DNA of 52,659 nt from contig CAZYAK010000004.1 of the NCBI GenBank assembly GCA_964645935.1, positions 1 to 52,659 of the forward strand. Reading direction: 5' to 3'. Of this stretch, positions 1 through 8,513 are shown in pieces; within the stretch, counting starts at the first letter, position 1, and every line of letters starts with the position of its first letter. The notes under the pieces are model-generated. The model was given only the letters and a program-made list of their open reading frames with translations. It was not told where the DNA came from and did no database searches. This stretch comes from an uncultured Candidatus Peribacteria bacterium (lineage in GTDB: Bacteria > Patescibacteriota > Gracilibacteria > Peribacterales > Peribacteraceae). The translations under genes and the position numbers were made by a program.

Positions 1-145
1 CCTTCTCCAGTTCTTTGTCCCAGGGGATCGCGTCCCAAGCCCACGACGAGACGTCCTTGGCTTGGTGACGGGGATCGCGTACAAAGAAATGGGAAACCCT
101 TGGCCGCGGCGGAACGTGTGGAGGCCAATCGCAGCCGCAATGATG

Positions 146-454
146 TTACTTTTTCGGGATCAGGTTCTGGAACTGCTCCATGAAGCTCGCCGACTGCTCC
201 TGCGCGTACTTGGACGCCGCTTTCGCGGATTCCTCCGATACCTTTCGGATGATTTCATCTCCGTGGGTGGTGACGTACCACGCGCTCACGACGAAGAACG
301 CCAGCGGGATCAGACCAAAAAGCCCGCGGGCAAAGCCACCCCAGGTGCGCAGACGGTCTCGGCGGTCCATGCGCTCCAAGTGGTGGAGCATGGCGTCGAG
401 CTTGGCAGCGATGTCGTCGGAGGCGGGGAGCGGGGCGGGCATGGCCCCGATCAT
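146..454 (-). CDS. small hypothetical membrane protein, last gene of the mur-associated operon
   Basis: ORF 146..481(-). Start moved to the ATG at 454 (MIGAMPAPL...) so it clears the stop of the upstream gene at 463; alternative starts at 481 and 442. One hydrophobic helix, GLFGLIPLAFFVVSAWYV. No family recognised. Confidence 0.45.
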   Translation of the reverse strand: MIGAMPAPLPASDDIAAKLDAMLHHLERMDRRDRLRTWGGFARGLFGLIPLAFFVVSAWYVTTHGDEIIRKVSEESAKAASKYAQEQSASFMEQFQNLIPKK

Positions 455-462
455 ACCAGGGC

Positions 463-1548
463 TTAGAATCCGCGTTTCCACTTCCGGAGCTTCTCAAACG
501 CGCGGGTGACGCGGTACCTGCCCGTGAGTGGGATGTCCGCGCAGTGCATCAAGGGCAACGGGAAGCCGCCAAAGCCAGTCTTGAAGGTGGTGACGCCCGC
601 GAAGGGGTGGTTGGGGTGGATGATGACCTCCTCCTGGGCTTCGTTCATCTTCCGCGGCGCAATACCCCAGAAGTTGTAGATGGCGTCGCCGCGGACAAGT
701 GCCTCGCGGATGGCGGTCCACTGCAGTAAGTAGCTCGCCGGGATCTTGCTGTGGCGGTGCGTGCTGGCGCCGTGATGGTAGCTGGTGATCCCCGCAAAGC
801 TCATGTGGACGGACGCGGCCACGGGCTCGCCTTGGTAGCGGGCCACGTAGACCATGGCTTCCTTCCGCGCTGCAAAGCGCTTCACCTGTGCGCGTATGTA
901 GCTCTCGCGGTAGGGCACAAAGCCGTGGCGGGTCGTCGTTTCGCGCTGGAGCGTGAAGTAGTGCTCCAGATCGGCGTCCGGATCCGCGGAGGCTTGCACC
1001 GTCACACCCTCGCGCTCAGCGCGGCGGACGAGGTTTCTGGTGGTTTTGCGCATCTCCATGAGGATGGCGTCCTCTGCGCGCGCGGGGCTCTCCACAATTG
1101 CGCCCTCAGCCCAACGGTCGTGCGCCCGTAATGGGATGTACCACGTGTACTCCGACAGCAGGTGCATCGGGGAGGGGAGCGCACCGTGGCTTTGCAGGCT
1201 CCTGGCCAGCGGATCGGCCTCGCGCCAGAAGGGGCTCACGCGGATGAAGGAACAGCGGTGCTCGGCTGCCTTCCCCCTCAGTGCTTGGAAGAGCGGCTCC
1301 AGTGCCTCCGGCGACCGGAGCACCGGGCCGTACTGCACCATCAGGTGCCGCCCGCGCCGAGCCGGGACCACGATGGCCTGGCAGATAGCTTGGATTCCCT
1401 CTCCGTTCGTGGCGACAAGGCGGATCGGCTCCTGGCCAATGTCGCGGTACACCTCGCCCATGGTCCACGCCTGCAAAAACGACGCGTAGGGCGTTGATGC
1501 GAGGAACGCGTCCCAGGCCTGTGGATCGTGCGCGATCGAGACCGTCAT
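463..1548 (-). CDS. FemAB/FemX-family peptidoglycan interpeptide aminoacyltransferase-like protein
   Basis: Internal ATG of ORF 463..1851(-): MTVSIAHDPQAWDAFLASTPYASFLQAWTMGEVY.... Length (361 aa) and sequence (…YNFWGIAP…HPFAGVTTFKTGFGG) fit the FemAB family. The start overlaps the upstream stop as ATGA (1545-1548). The 101-aa Arg/Pro-rich N-extension in the track is discarded. Confidence 0.8.
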   Translation of the reverse strand: MTVSIAHDPQAWDAFLASTPYASFLQAWTMGEVYRDIGQEPIRLVATNGEGIQAICQAIVVPARRGRHLMVQYGPVLRSPEALEPLFQALRGKAAEHRCSFIRVSPFWREADPLARSLQSHGALPSPMHLLSEYTWYIPLRAHDRWAEGAIVESPARAEDAILMEMRKTTRNLVRRAEREGVTVQASADPDADLEHYFTLQRETTTRHGFVPYRESYIRAQVKRFAARKEAMVYVARYQGEPVAASVHMSFAGITSYHHGASTHRHSKIPASYLLQWTAIREALVRGDAIYNFWGIAPRKMNEAQEEVIIHPNHPFAGVTTFKTGFGGFPLPLMHCADIPLTGRYRVTRAFEKLRKWKRGF

Positions 1549-2789
1549 GGGCGGTGGAGGAGGGGATCGAGCGCGCGGACGAGAGCGTGTGCCTGGGCGT
1601 CCGTCATCGTGGGGTGCGTGGGCAGGCTGAGGATGGCCTCGCAGGCGGTTTCGGCACGCGGGTCGGTGCCTTGCACATACCCGGCGGCATCGGCGTCCGC
1701 CATCTCCGGGCACACCACGCAGCCGGTCCAGCCGTCGTGGAGATGGATGTTCTTGGCTTTGAGCGTTCTGCGGATACGCTCCGCGTCTACCGTGAAGAGG
1801 GGAAGCTTCTGCAGCGGCAGCCCTGCGCACGCGCCCTCCACCACAGGCCATCCTCGCGTGCGTCCTTCAATGAGGTAGATGGACGCAAGTTTGCGCCGCC
1901 GGGAATTGAGCGCGTCGAGGCGGCGTAGCGAAGCCAGCGCCAGCGCGGCGCAGGCATGGGGCATCGTATGGACGACCGCCCCTTGCAGACCACGCTTCTC
2001 CGCGGGGGTCACGATGGCGGGAAGAACCCGCAGCCGCCCGGCCAGGAAGAGCAGTGCCTTGCCGATGCCGAGGCCATAGAGCGGCCGGGCCAGGGCGTAC
2101 ACGAGCGGGTAGCAGAGCAGTCGCACGATGTCGGCAGCGCCAAGCGAAGAGGCCTTCAGCTCGCTTGCGCGCAGTGCAGAGGATGCCGTTTCGTCGCGCG
2201 AGAGCACGGCACCACCCGTCACGCCCGAGACGGCCTTGTCTCGCCCAAAGCTGAGCACGGCGTACTTGCCTGTGCGTGCCACTCCCAGCGGGCCCGCGGC
2301 GTCGGGGAGGACGTGCGCGCAGTCCTCAATGAGGGGGATGCCGTGCTTGGCGCAGAGCGTCTGCAATTCCGAGAGTGGTGCGGGGATTCCGAACGTGTGT
2401 TGGCAGATGACGGCCTTGGTGCGGGGGGTGATGCGCTTGGCCACATCCTCTGGATCCAGGTTGAGCGTCTCGCGCTCGATGTCCGCGTACACCGCCTTGG
2501 CGCCCGTAGCCGCGATGGCGTTGGGGACTACGATGCAGGTGTAGGCCTGTACGATCACCTCGTCGCCCTTGCCGATCTTGAGCGCCTGGAGCAGGGCGAA
2601 AAGACCCTGCCGTCCGGACGCAAAGAGGAAGGCGTCGCCCCCGAAGCCCGTCGAGAGCGCAATCCGGAGCCTCTCGTTGGCCGGGCCTGTGCGCCATCGC
2701 CACGGGCGAAGCAGTAGGCCCAGGGCCTTGCGGGCGGCTGCACCGTCCACGTGCGGGCCGAAGGTGTGGTGGAGCGGACGGAGGGCCAT
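1545..2789 (-). CDS. DegT/DnrJ/EryC1/StrS-family PLP-dependent sugar aminotransferase
   Basis: Internal ATG of ORF 1545..3074(-): MALRPLHHTF.... Family-typical segments GDEVIVQAYTCIVVPNAI and LIEDCAH, with a PLP-lysine context SFGRDKAVSG. TAATG overlap with the murF stop at 2789. Confidence 0.8.
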   Translation of the reverse strand: MALRPLHHTFGPHVDGAAARKALGLLLRPWRWRTGPANERLRIALSTGFGGDAFLFASGRQGLFALLQALKIGKGDEVIVQAYTCIVVPNAIAATGAKAVYADIERETLNLDPEDVAKRITPRTKAVICQHTFGIPAPLSELQTLCAKHGIPLIEDCAHVLPDAAGPLGVARTGKYAVLSFGRDKAVSGVTGGAVLSRDETASSALRASELKASSLGAADIVRLLCYPLVYALARPLYGLGIGKALLFLAGRLRVLPAIVTPAEKRGLQGAVVHTMPHACAALALASLRRLDALNSRRRKLASIYLIEGRTRGWPVVEGACAGLPLQKLPLFTVDAERIRRTLKAKNIHLHDGWTGCVVCPEMADADAAGYVQGTDPRAETACEAILSLPTHPTMTDAQAHALVRALDPLLHRP

Positions 2790-4324
2790 TACGCGCGGGG
2801 GAGGAGACGGTCGATGGCGGATGCGGGCATGCGCCCCACGCACACGAGGAGCGAGCCCGCCGGGACGCACTCGGCCTTGGCGAGCGCCTCGACCGGCTTT
2901 CCATATCCCAGCGGGAACGCGCCGGCCGCCTTGGGCTGGGTGAAGATCACGCGGGAGAACACGTCTTTGGCACGTTCGCCCAGCTCCCGCTCGGTGCGTT
3001 CTTGCGCCTCCCCTAGCTCGATAAGCCCGGCCGTGAGCAGCACGCGTCGGTCGTACGGTTGCGTCCGTGCCCAACGGATAGCCGCTTCCAAGCTGGCGGC
3101 GGAGGCGTTGTGAGTGTCATCCAAGATGCGCACGCCCTTTTCCTCACGGACCGAGAATGTCTTATGCGGCGGCGCAAACGTCCGAAGGCGCCCCGCGATG
3201 GTCTTGGCGTCGAGGCCGAGGTCCTTCCCGAGCGCGATGGCGAAGAGCACGTTTACCACGTTGTGTGTGCCGTGGATGGGCACCGTGTACCGTGTGCCGC
3301 CCTGCGAGAAGGCGATGCCCGTGGGAGTCTCGGATACGTCCTCCGCCGCCGTGTCTGCGCGCCCTGTGCCCACCAGTGTCACGGGGCAGGGGCTCAGCTC
3401 ACGGATGCCGGCGCAGAGGGGGTTATCCGCGTTGAGGTACGCGTGCCCGTCTGGAGGCAGGCATGTCACCATTTCCGCCTTGGCGTCACGCAGGCGCTCC
3501 TGTGAGCCGAAGAGCGCCAGGTGCTGGGTGCCCACATACGTCACGATGCCGTGTGTTTGCTGGACGTAGTCGCTCATGAGTGCGATCTCACCTGGACGGT
3601 ACGCTCCCATCTCCACGATGAGGATCTTCTTCCCCGTCGTGGTGGCGGCGTAGCGAGGGAGCTCCTTCGTCATCCACTGCGCCACGCCCACCTCCGTGTT
3701 CACGTGCGCGGGGGTGACCAGCGGCGAGAGTCCGCCAAGCACGTGCGCCAGCAGCTCCTTGGTGGTGGTCTTGCCCACACTTCCGGTGACGCCGATCACC
3801 ACGAGGCCGGGGTTGCGGTTTCGGATGGCGCGCGCCTGGTCCAGGATGCGGCGCTTCATGCGGCGGTCCACCGGCAGGAACGCGGTCCAAACCAGGAGGA
3901 GCACCAGGGGCTGGAACAGCGGGAGCAGTGGCAGGACCTGCCAAGCAGAGAGGGCAAGAATCAGGAGGCCCGCCAGGACAGTCACACAGAAGGCACCGGC
4001 TACGAGGATCCGTGCTTTCTGGGTCCAGACTGGCCGCTTCTGCCGCTTGAGCGCGATCTGCACCAGCGCAAGTAGGGCCAGGAGGCTGAGCGCTCCCAGG
4101 ATCCACCATGTGCCACGCTCCGGCGCGAGGGTTTCCACCATGGCATAGGCCGCGAGGATCGCCGGCCGAATGCGCCCGAAGAGCTGGTGTAGCCACCCCT
4201 CGCGAGTGAGATGCTCGCGCAGGCGGTCCGTGCGCCATTCCTTTACCTGCCAGAGCTTGGCGAAGGTCAGGAGGGGAGAAACGGACGCGAGGAGCGTCAG
4301 GCCGAGGGCGAGGCCCATCTGCAT
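2789..4324 (-). CDS. murF: UDP-MurNAc-tripeptide--D-Ala-D-Ala ligase (MurF-like) with a polytopic membrane N-terminus
   Basis: ORF 2789..4324(-). Mur-ligase P-loop GVTGSVGKTTTKELL at about residue 180, followed by central and C-terminal Mur ligase domains (…LDDTHNASAASL…). The first ~165 aa are several hydrophobic helices instead of the usual soluble N domain. Confidence 0.8.
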   Translation of the reverse strand: MQMGLALGLTLLASVSPLLTFAKLWQVKEWRTDRLREHLTREGWLHQLFGRIRPAILAAYAMVETLAPERGTWWILGALSLLALLALVQIALKRQKRPVWTQKARILVAGAFCVTVLAGLLILALSAWQVLPLLPLFQPLVLLLVWTAFLPVDRRMKRRILDQARAIRNRNPGLVVIGVTGSVGKTTTKELLAHVLGGLSPLVTPAHVNTEVGVAQWMTKELPRYAATTTGKKILIVEMGAYRPGEIALMSDYVQQTHGIVTYVGTQHLALFGSQERLRDAKAEMVTCLPPDGHAYLNADNPLCAGIRELSPCPVTLVGTGRADTAAEDVSETPTGIAFSQGGTRYTVPIHGTHNVVNVLFAIALGKDLGLDAKTIAGRLRTFAPPHKTFSVREEKGVRILDDTHNASAASLEAAIRWARTQPYDRRVLLTAGLIELGEAQERTERELGERAKDVFSRVIFTQPKAAGAFPLGYGKPVEALAKAECVPAGSLLVCVGRMPASAIDRLLPRA

Positions 4325-4402
4325 GCCGGTATCCTACAGCAAATCGCCACGGAAGACGTGGCGAGGCATACAGGAACGGTCATGTCCTTCCCCCGTCCGA
4401 CC

Positions 4403-5128
4403 TCACGGTGCCTCACACAGCACCGCTGCGATCTCTTTGGCGCGCTCGCGGTGCACGGCGTGTCGCACGCCTGCGTACTCGTACAGACGGCTGCCCGCGA
4501 TGCCCTCCTGCATCGCACGCCCGTCGGCGATGGGCGTCATGCCGTCGTCGATGCCCCAAAAGAGGTCAGTGGGCTGCGTGATCCGCACCAGCAGGGGCCT
4601 CAGGTCCTCCGCCGTCACCTTGATGAGGGTTTGACGCAACACCTCGCTGGCCTTCTCGTAATCGTGCACGCGCACGAGCTTGTAGAGGAGTTTCTTGCCT
4701 AGCGGCTCCAGGCTTCGGAAGCCGGGGAGCGAGAGCATCGCTTTGCCGCCCTTGGCGAGGACAAGCCCCACGAGGCGCTTGAGGTGGCGCGGCCGCCGGA
4801 TGCCGGCTGCGGCGCAGAGGTAGAGGTGCCGGATGGGCAGACGCTGTGCAGCTGCGAGTGTGATCGCAATGCGTCCGCCGTGCGAGTGTCCGAGCAGCAG
4901 GATGCCCTGGGAAAGCGCGAAGGCAGGCACATGCGCGCGGACCCACGCCTCGGTCCAGTCCGCATAGTCTCCCACGGTCCAGGCGCGCGGGGGATCGGGC
5001 TCCTTGCCAAACCCGGGGAGGTCCGGGGCGTACACCTCAAGGTTCGACCCCGCGAGCGCAGCGCGCAGCTCCGTAAACGACTCCTTCGAGCCGCCCCAGC
5101 CGTGCAAGCAGACAAGTACGGTCTTCAT
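4403..5128 (-). CDS. alpha/beta-fold hydrolase
   Basis: ORF 4403..5128(-). N-terminal VLVCLHGWGGS, nucleophile elbow GHSHGG (GxSxG), and a C-terminal His context GVRHAVH. Confidence 0.8.
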   Translation of the reverse strand: MKTVLVCLHGWGGSKESFTELRAALAGSNLEVYAPDLPGFGKEPDPPRAWTVGDYADWTEAWVRAHVPAFALSQGILLLGHSHGGRIAITLAAAQRLPIRHLYLCAAAGIRRPRHLKRLVGLVLAKGGKAMLSLPGFRSLEPLGKKLLYKLVRVHDYEKASEVLRQTLIKVTAEDLRPLLVRITQPTDLFWGIDDGMTPIADGRAMQEGIAGSRLYEYAGVRHAVHRERAKEIAAVLCEAP

Positions 5129-5154
5129 GACGAAGCCAGCGTACGCGGAGGGCT

Positions 5155-6363
5155 TCAGCGCGAGAAGTCGATGTCGAAGGCCAAGTCCTGGCGCCGGGTG
5201 CCGGGCTTGTAGCGGATCACGGCGGTGCCGTAATCCTTGGTGCCCGGTTGCACGAAGATGGAGCCTTCCTCATCATCATCCTCGCGGCTACGGATGCGGG
5301 GGCTTGAGCGGCGTGTGACGTCGACCGGACACGTGAGGGCGCAATCCAAGTCGCTCGGCCGGAGCACGACGGCCTCGCCGTCCAGCCCCACTGTGCTGGA
5401 GAGCTGGATGCCGTACTCACCGCCTTCCAGATCTGTGAGCGGCACCCTGACCACGATCTCCTGCACCACATCGCCGGCGCAAAACCGCGCGGCCTCGCGG
5501 AAGGTGGGCAGCCCCACCTGCGCCGGTGTGATGCGCTTGAGGCCCGCGTCCACCGTGACGTACTCAGGGAGCATCACGCCGCCTTCCGCCATCTGCGGCC
5601 GGAAATTCGCGAGGATCGGGAGCATCTGCTCACCGTTGGTCATGGCGGAATCCATCGTCTCGGAGACGAGCAGGTCGGCGGGTTCCTCGAGCACATATGT
5701 GAGCGCGTCCGCTTCTTGGATGCGCAGCCGGTCCTCCACGCCGAACTTGGCGGCCACCGCGCGCGCGATGCGCACGGAGTCCGGATGGATATCCAGGGCG
5801 GTTATGCGCGTGTGGGGGGAGGCCAGCGCCGCCACGGCGGCGAAGAGCGCGGCCGGCCCGCAGCCCACGTCTACGACGTGCCCGCCCCCAGGTTTGCGTA
5901 CGTGCAGCCGGTCTAGGTGCGCAAGCCAAGCGGTGAGGAAGCGCTCGGTGCGGCGCAGGTCATGGATGCACTCCAGCGCCGAGAGGGGATGGAAGCCGCC
6001 CCGCTCGCGGTGCGGGTTGCCCGCGGGTGATACCTCGGAGAGATCGATGCCGCCGAGGAGCAGATCCAAGATCTTCTGGGTGTGTTTCCGCGACACCGCG
6101 GGGTCAGTGAGCATGCCCTTCTCCGGTGCGATATCCGCGAGAACCGCCTTCAGCTCGCTGAGCGTTTCCTGCCGCAGCTGTTCCTTGCGTTCCCGTGGAC
6201 GGGCAAAGAGCCGCACCATCGAGTCGTTGCGGAGCAGGTTCGCGACTGCGTGGGGCATAAACCCCGTCTCCACCGTTCTTGGTGGAGACGCTTCGGTGCT
6301 CGTCGGCGACGGATCCACGCCGGATTCGCTGCTGGGGCGCGGGGAGAGAGGGGAACGGCTCAT
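5155..6363 (-). CDS. class I SAM-dependent methyltransferase (PRMT-like layout)
   Basis: ORF 5155..6363(-). Motif I VVDVGCGPAALF, post-I ITALDIH, and an acidic loop LLVSETMDSAMTNGEQM followed by a ~150-aa beta-rich C-terminal domain. Start uncertain (MSRSP… or the later MPHAV…). Confidence 0.65.
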   Translation of the reverse strand: MSRSPLSPRPSSESGVDPSPTSTEASPPRTVETGFMPHAVANLLRNDSMVRLFARPRERKEQLRQETLSELKAVLADIAPEKGMLTDPAVSRKHTQKILDLLLGGIDLSEVSPAGNPHRERGGFHPLSALECIHDLRRTERFLTAWLAHLDRLHVRKPGGGHVVDVGCGPAALFAAVAALASPHTRITALDIHPDSVRIARAVAAKFGVEDRLRIQEADALTYVLEEPADLLVSETMDSAMTNGEQMLPILANFRPQMAEGGVMLPEYVTVDAGLKRITPAQVGLPTFREAARFCAGDVVQEIVVRVPLTDLEGGEYGIQLSSTVGLDGEAVVLRPSDLDCALTCPVDVTRRSSPRIRSREDDDEEGSIFVQPGTKDYGTAVIRYKPGTRRQDLAFDIDFSR

Positions 6364-6478
6364 GGAACAGATAAAGTGCCCGATTATTCCCAGAAATCCG
6401 CTCCGCGCAAGTGCTCCCCGCCGTTTTTCGGCCGTTTTTACAAAATAACGCTGTATCCCGGGCCAAACCGGTACCCGT

Positions 6479-6973
6479 CTACTCCTCCAGGAGGTCTGGA
6501 TACGCCTCCTGGATCCGCGTGCGGGTTTCTTCGATGTAGCGGCTTGCCAGCGTATCGGCTCGGCTGGCGTGCTCCTGTGTGGCTGCGAGCGCCGAAGCGG
6601 TGGTGGCGGCGGGATTGGTGGACGCGTCGGCGATGCCCTGCATGGAGTTGCGCATCTCGTCGATGGCTTCGAGGAGAAGCGGGTGCGTTTCGGTCAGCAG
6701 TCCTGGCACGGGCATCGCTGAGGCTTCTGCATGCAATTCCGTGAGCACGTCGATGAGCCTCTGCATCTCCGCATCGGTGGTTTCGTCCCACCGCGTGGGA
6801 TCCGGATGCGCGTTCACGAGGGCCTCGAACTTGTCGGCGGTCACCGTGAGCTTGTCCGAATGTGGCCCGCCCGCTTCTAGGTACGTTTCCACGTCAGACT
6901 GCCGCGGGTCCTCCTGGCACGCAGCCAGACACAAGGCCGAGCACATGACGACGGCGACGAAGCGGGAACGCAT
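6479..6973 (-). CDS. putative lipoprotein, hypothetical
   Basis: ORF 6479..7003(-) trimmed to MRSRFVAVVMCSALCLAAC (signal peptide plus lipobox L-A-A-C). The remainder looks helical and acidic. No family recognised. Confidence 0.55.
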   Translation of the reverse strand: MRSRFVAVVMCSALCLAACQEDPRQSDVETYLEAGGPHSDKLTVTADKFEALVNAHPDPTRWDETTDAEMQRLIDVLTELHAEASAMPVPGLLTETHPLLLEAIDEMRNSMQGIADASTNPAATTASALAATQEHASRADTLASRYIEETRTRIQEAYPDLLEE

Positions 6974-7081
6974 GGATGGGGAGGGGCGGCACGGACTACA
7001 CAAGATCCGATGGAACGGGACGATAGCTCATCATGAGCGGACCATCAAAACCTGGGTGCACAGGGTCGTACACACTCGTCC

Positions 7082-8497
7082 TCATAGGAGCTTCTCTACG
7101 GCAGTAACTGCGCAAAATGCTCCGAGGAACAAGAAGGTGAACAGCATGACCACATTTCTCCAGAGTGATGGCCGCAGCTCTGGTGCCAGCAGGCGATTGT
7201 TCATCCAGAGGAGAATGCCGGTATACACAAACATACTAAAGGCATTCAGCATTGCTCCCAGTACGATGAGTGTGAGTGGCTGATCAAACCCTATGAGAAA
7301 CACGGCGATGCCGAAGAAAATCTGAAGCCAGAGGACGATGTAGTAACTGCGCGACACGTTGTGCGTCTTCCCAGATGCAAGGAGGAGCACGTTTTCGGTG
7401 ATGATGCGGCTCGTGGAATCGAGCACGGTAAGCTGCGTGGCGCAGAGCATCGTGCCGGTGACGATCAGGAACAGGGACCCGAATATCGGGAGCGTCTCCC
7501 GGCCGATGGCTGCGGCTTCGTTCACGACGAATGCGATGCCGCTCGCGTTCCCTTCAAGGCCAAACGTGGTGACAAACGCCAGGAGCGAGAGCGTGAGCAT
7601 GGTGAAGAGCCCGAGGAGCCAGAACACAAGGGCATGCTCTTGGTTGATCAACTTCCACCAGTTGCGGAACTCCTGCACATTGCGGGGAGTGGTGTCGAAC
7701 GTGTGTCCCGTCAGGGAGAACGCTCGGCGCTCTTTTCCGGAAACCACCCCCGTGATTTTGTCGGCATAGGCACCCATGCCATATCCCTTGTCTCGCACAT
7801 AGCACGACTGCGCCAGATTCAAGTTTCCGCCAGCTCCGGCATAGGCAAGGGCCCCCAAGAATGTGCCGAAGACGAGACCCTCAGGCAAAAAGAAGTACGG
7901 CACGCCATCGATGGAGCCCATGCCGACAAGCCCCCTCGCAAGCGCACCGAGATCAGCACTGTCTGCAAGGTAGTACGTCAGAATCGCGATGAACGGCACG
8001 CCGATCCCGATGAGGTATTTCTGAAGCGTCTCCACGGTTTTGTAGAGCACACTGCCAAGCGTCAGGATGGCACCGATGGTGAGGAAGATACCCACGCCGA
8101 GGATTCGCGGATCAACCCCTCCAGACACATGCCCAAACAGCGTGGCACCGTACAAACCGATACCCGGCCATCCGAAGCCGAAGAACGTGGAAGCGATGAA
8201 CCACACGGGGAACCATCTCCACAATCGCGTAAACCCAACAAAGACGCTCTCGCCGTGCACGAGCGCGTACCGCTCCACTTCCATGTTGATGAAAAACTGC
8301 ATCGTGATGCCGATGAGGATTCCCCACACGATGCCGAGACCGTAGTTGCTCGTCATGTACGGCCAGAGCACTACCTCGCCGCTGCCAAGTCCCAGACCGA
8401 GAATGATGAAACTGGGTCCGAGGAGCTTTCGCAGCGTCGGAGCTTTTGGCAATGACTTCCTTCCAAGAGGCAGGGGAGTAGCTGGCATAGATTTCAT
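7082..8497 (-). CDS. NRAMP-superfamily-like transporter (divergent; canonical DPGN motif absent)
   Basis: ORF 7082..8620(-) trimmed to MKSMPATPL…, because the upstream gene ends at 8514. About 11 hydrophobic helices. The first-helix region LGLGLGSGEVVLWPYMTSNYG resembles Nramp TM1 but has GSGE where DPGN is expected. Lies in the low-GC island. Confidence 0.65.
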   Translation of the reverse strand: MKSMPATPLPLGRKSLPKAPTLRKLLGPSFIILGLGLGSGEVVLWPYMTSNYGLGIVWGILIGITMQFFINMEVERYALVHGESVFVGFTRLWRWFPVWFIASTFFGFGWPGIGLYGATLFGHVSGGVDPRILGVGIFLTIGAILTLGSVLYKTVETLQKYLIGIGVPFIAILTYYLADSADLGALARGLVGMGSIDGVPYFFLPEGLVFGTFLGALAYAGAGGNLNLAQSCYVRDKGYGMGAYADKITGVVSGKERRAFSLTGHTFDTTPRNVQEFRNWWKLINQEHALVFWLLGLFTMLTLSLLAFVTTFGLEGNASGIAFVVNEAAAIGRETLPIFGSLFLIVTGTMLCATQLTVLDSTSRIITENVLLLASGKTHNVSRSYYIVLWLQIFFGIAVFLIGFDQPLTLIVLGAMLNAFSMFVYTGILLWMNNRLLAPELRPSLWRNVVMLFTFLFLGAFCAVTAVEKLL

Positions 8498-8513
8498 GAT
8501 ACCAGGACCCGTA

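Noticed and set aside
1-145. Coding potential at the left edge, in either orientation.
   Set aside because: The sequence is too short, and several frames are open (plus frame ending at the TGA at 66-68; minus frame …KDVSSWAWDAIPWDKELEK running out of the window). No assignment is possible without the flanking sequence.
463-1851. Long N-terminal extensions in the ORF track (also 1545..3074, 12049..13833, 17193..18689, 20246..21034, 26340..27677, 37592..38446, 44687..46048).
   Set aside because: The extensions are Arg/Pro/Gly/Ala-rich and low-complexity, which is typical of open out-of-gene frames in GC-rich DNA. They overlap the upstream gene or a tRNA (17193..18689 overlaps tRNA-Leu). In each case an internal start coincides with the beginning of the recognisable domain, often with an ATGA/TGATG junction.
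6900-7100. A search for an att-type direct repeat of the tRNA-Met 3' end, and for an integrase, at the left border of the low-GC island.
   Set aside because: Only weak partial matches were seen by eye (for example ggcggcacggac versus ggtgccacgggc, 9 of 12), and no integrase or recombinase ORF is present. The island call therefore rests on composition and position alone.
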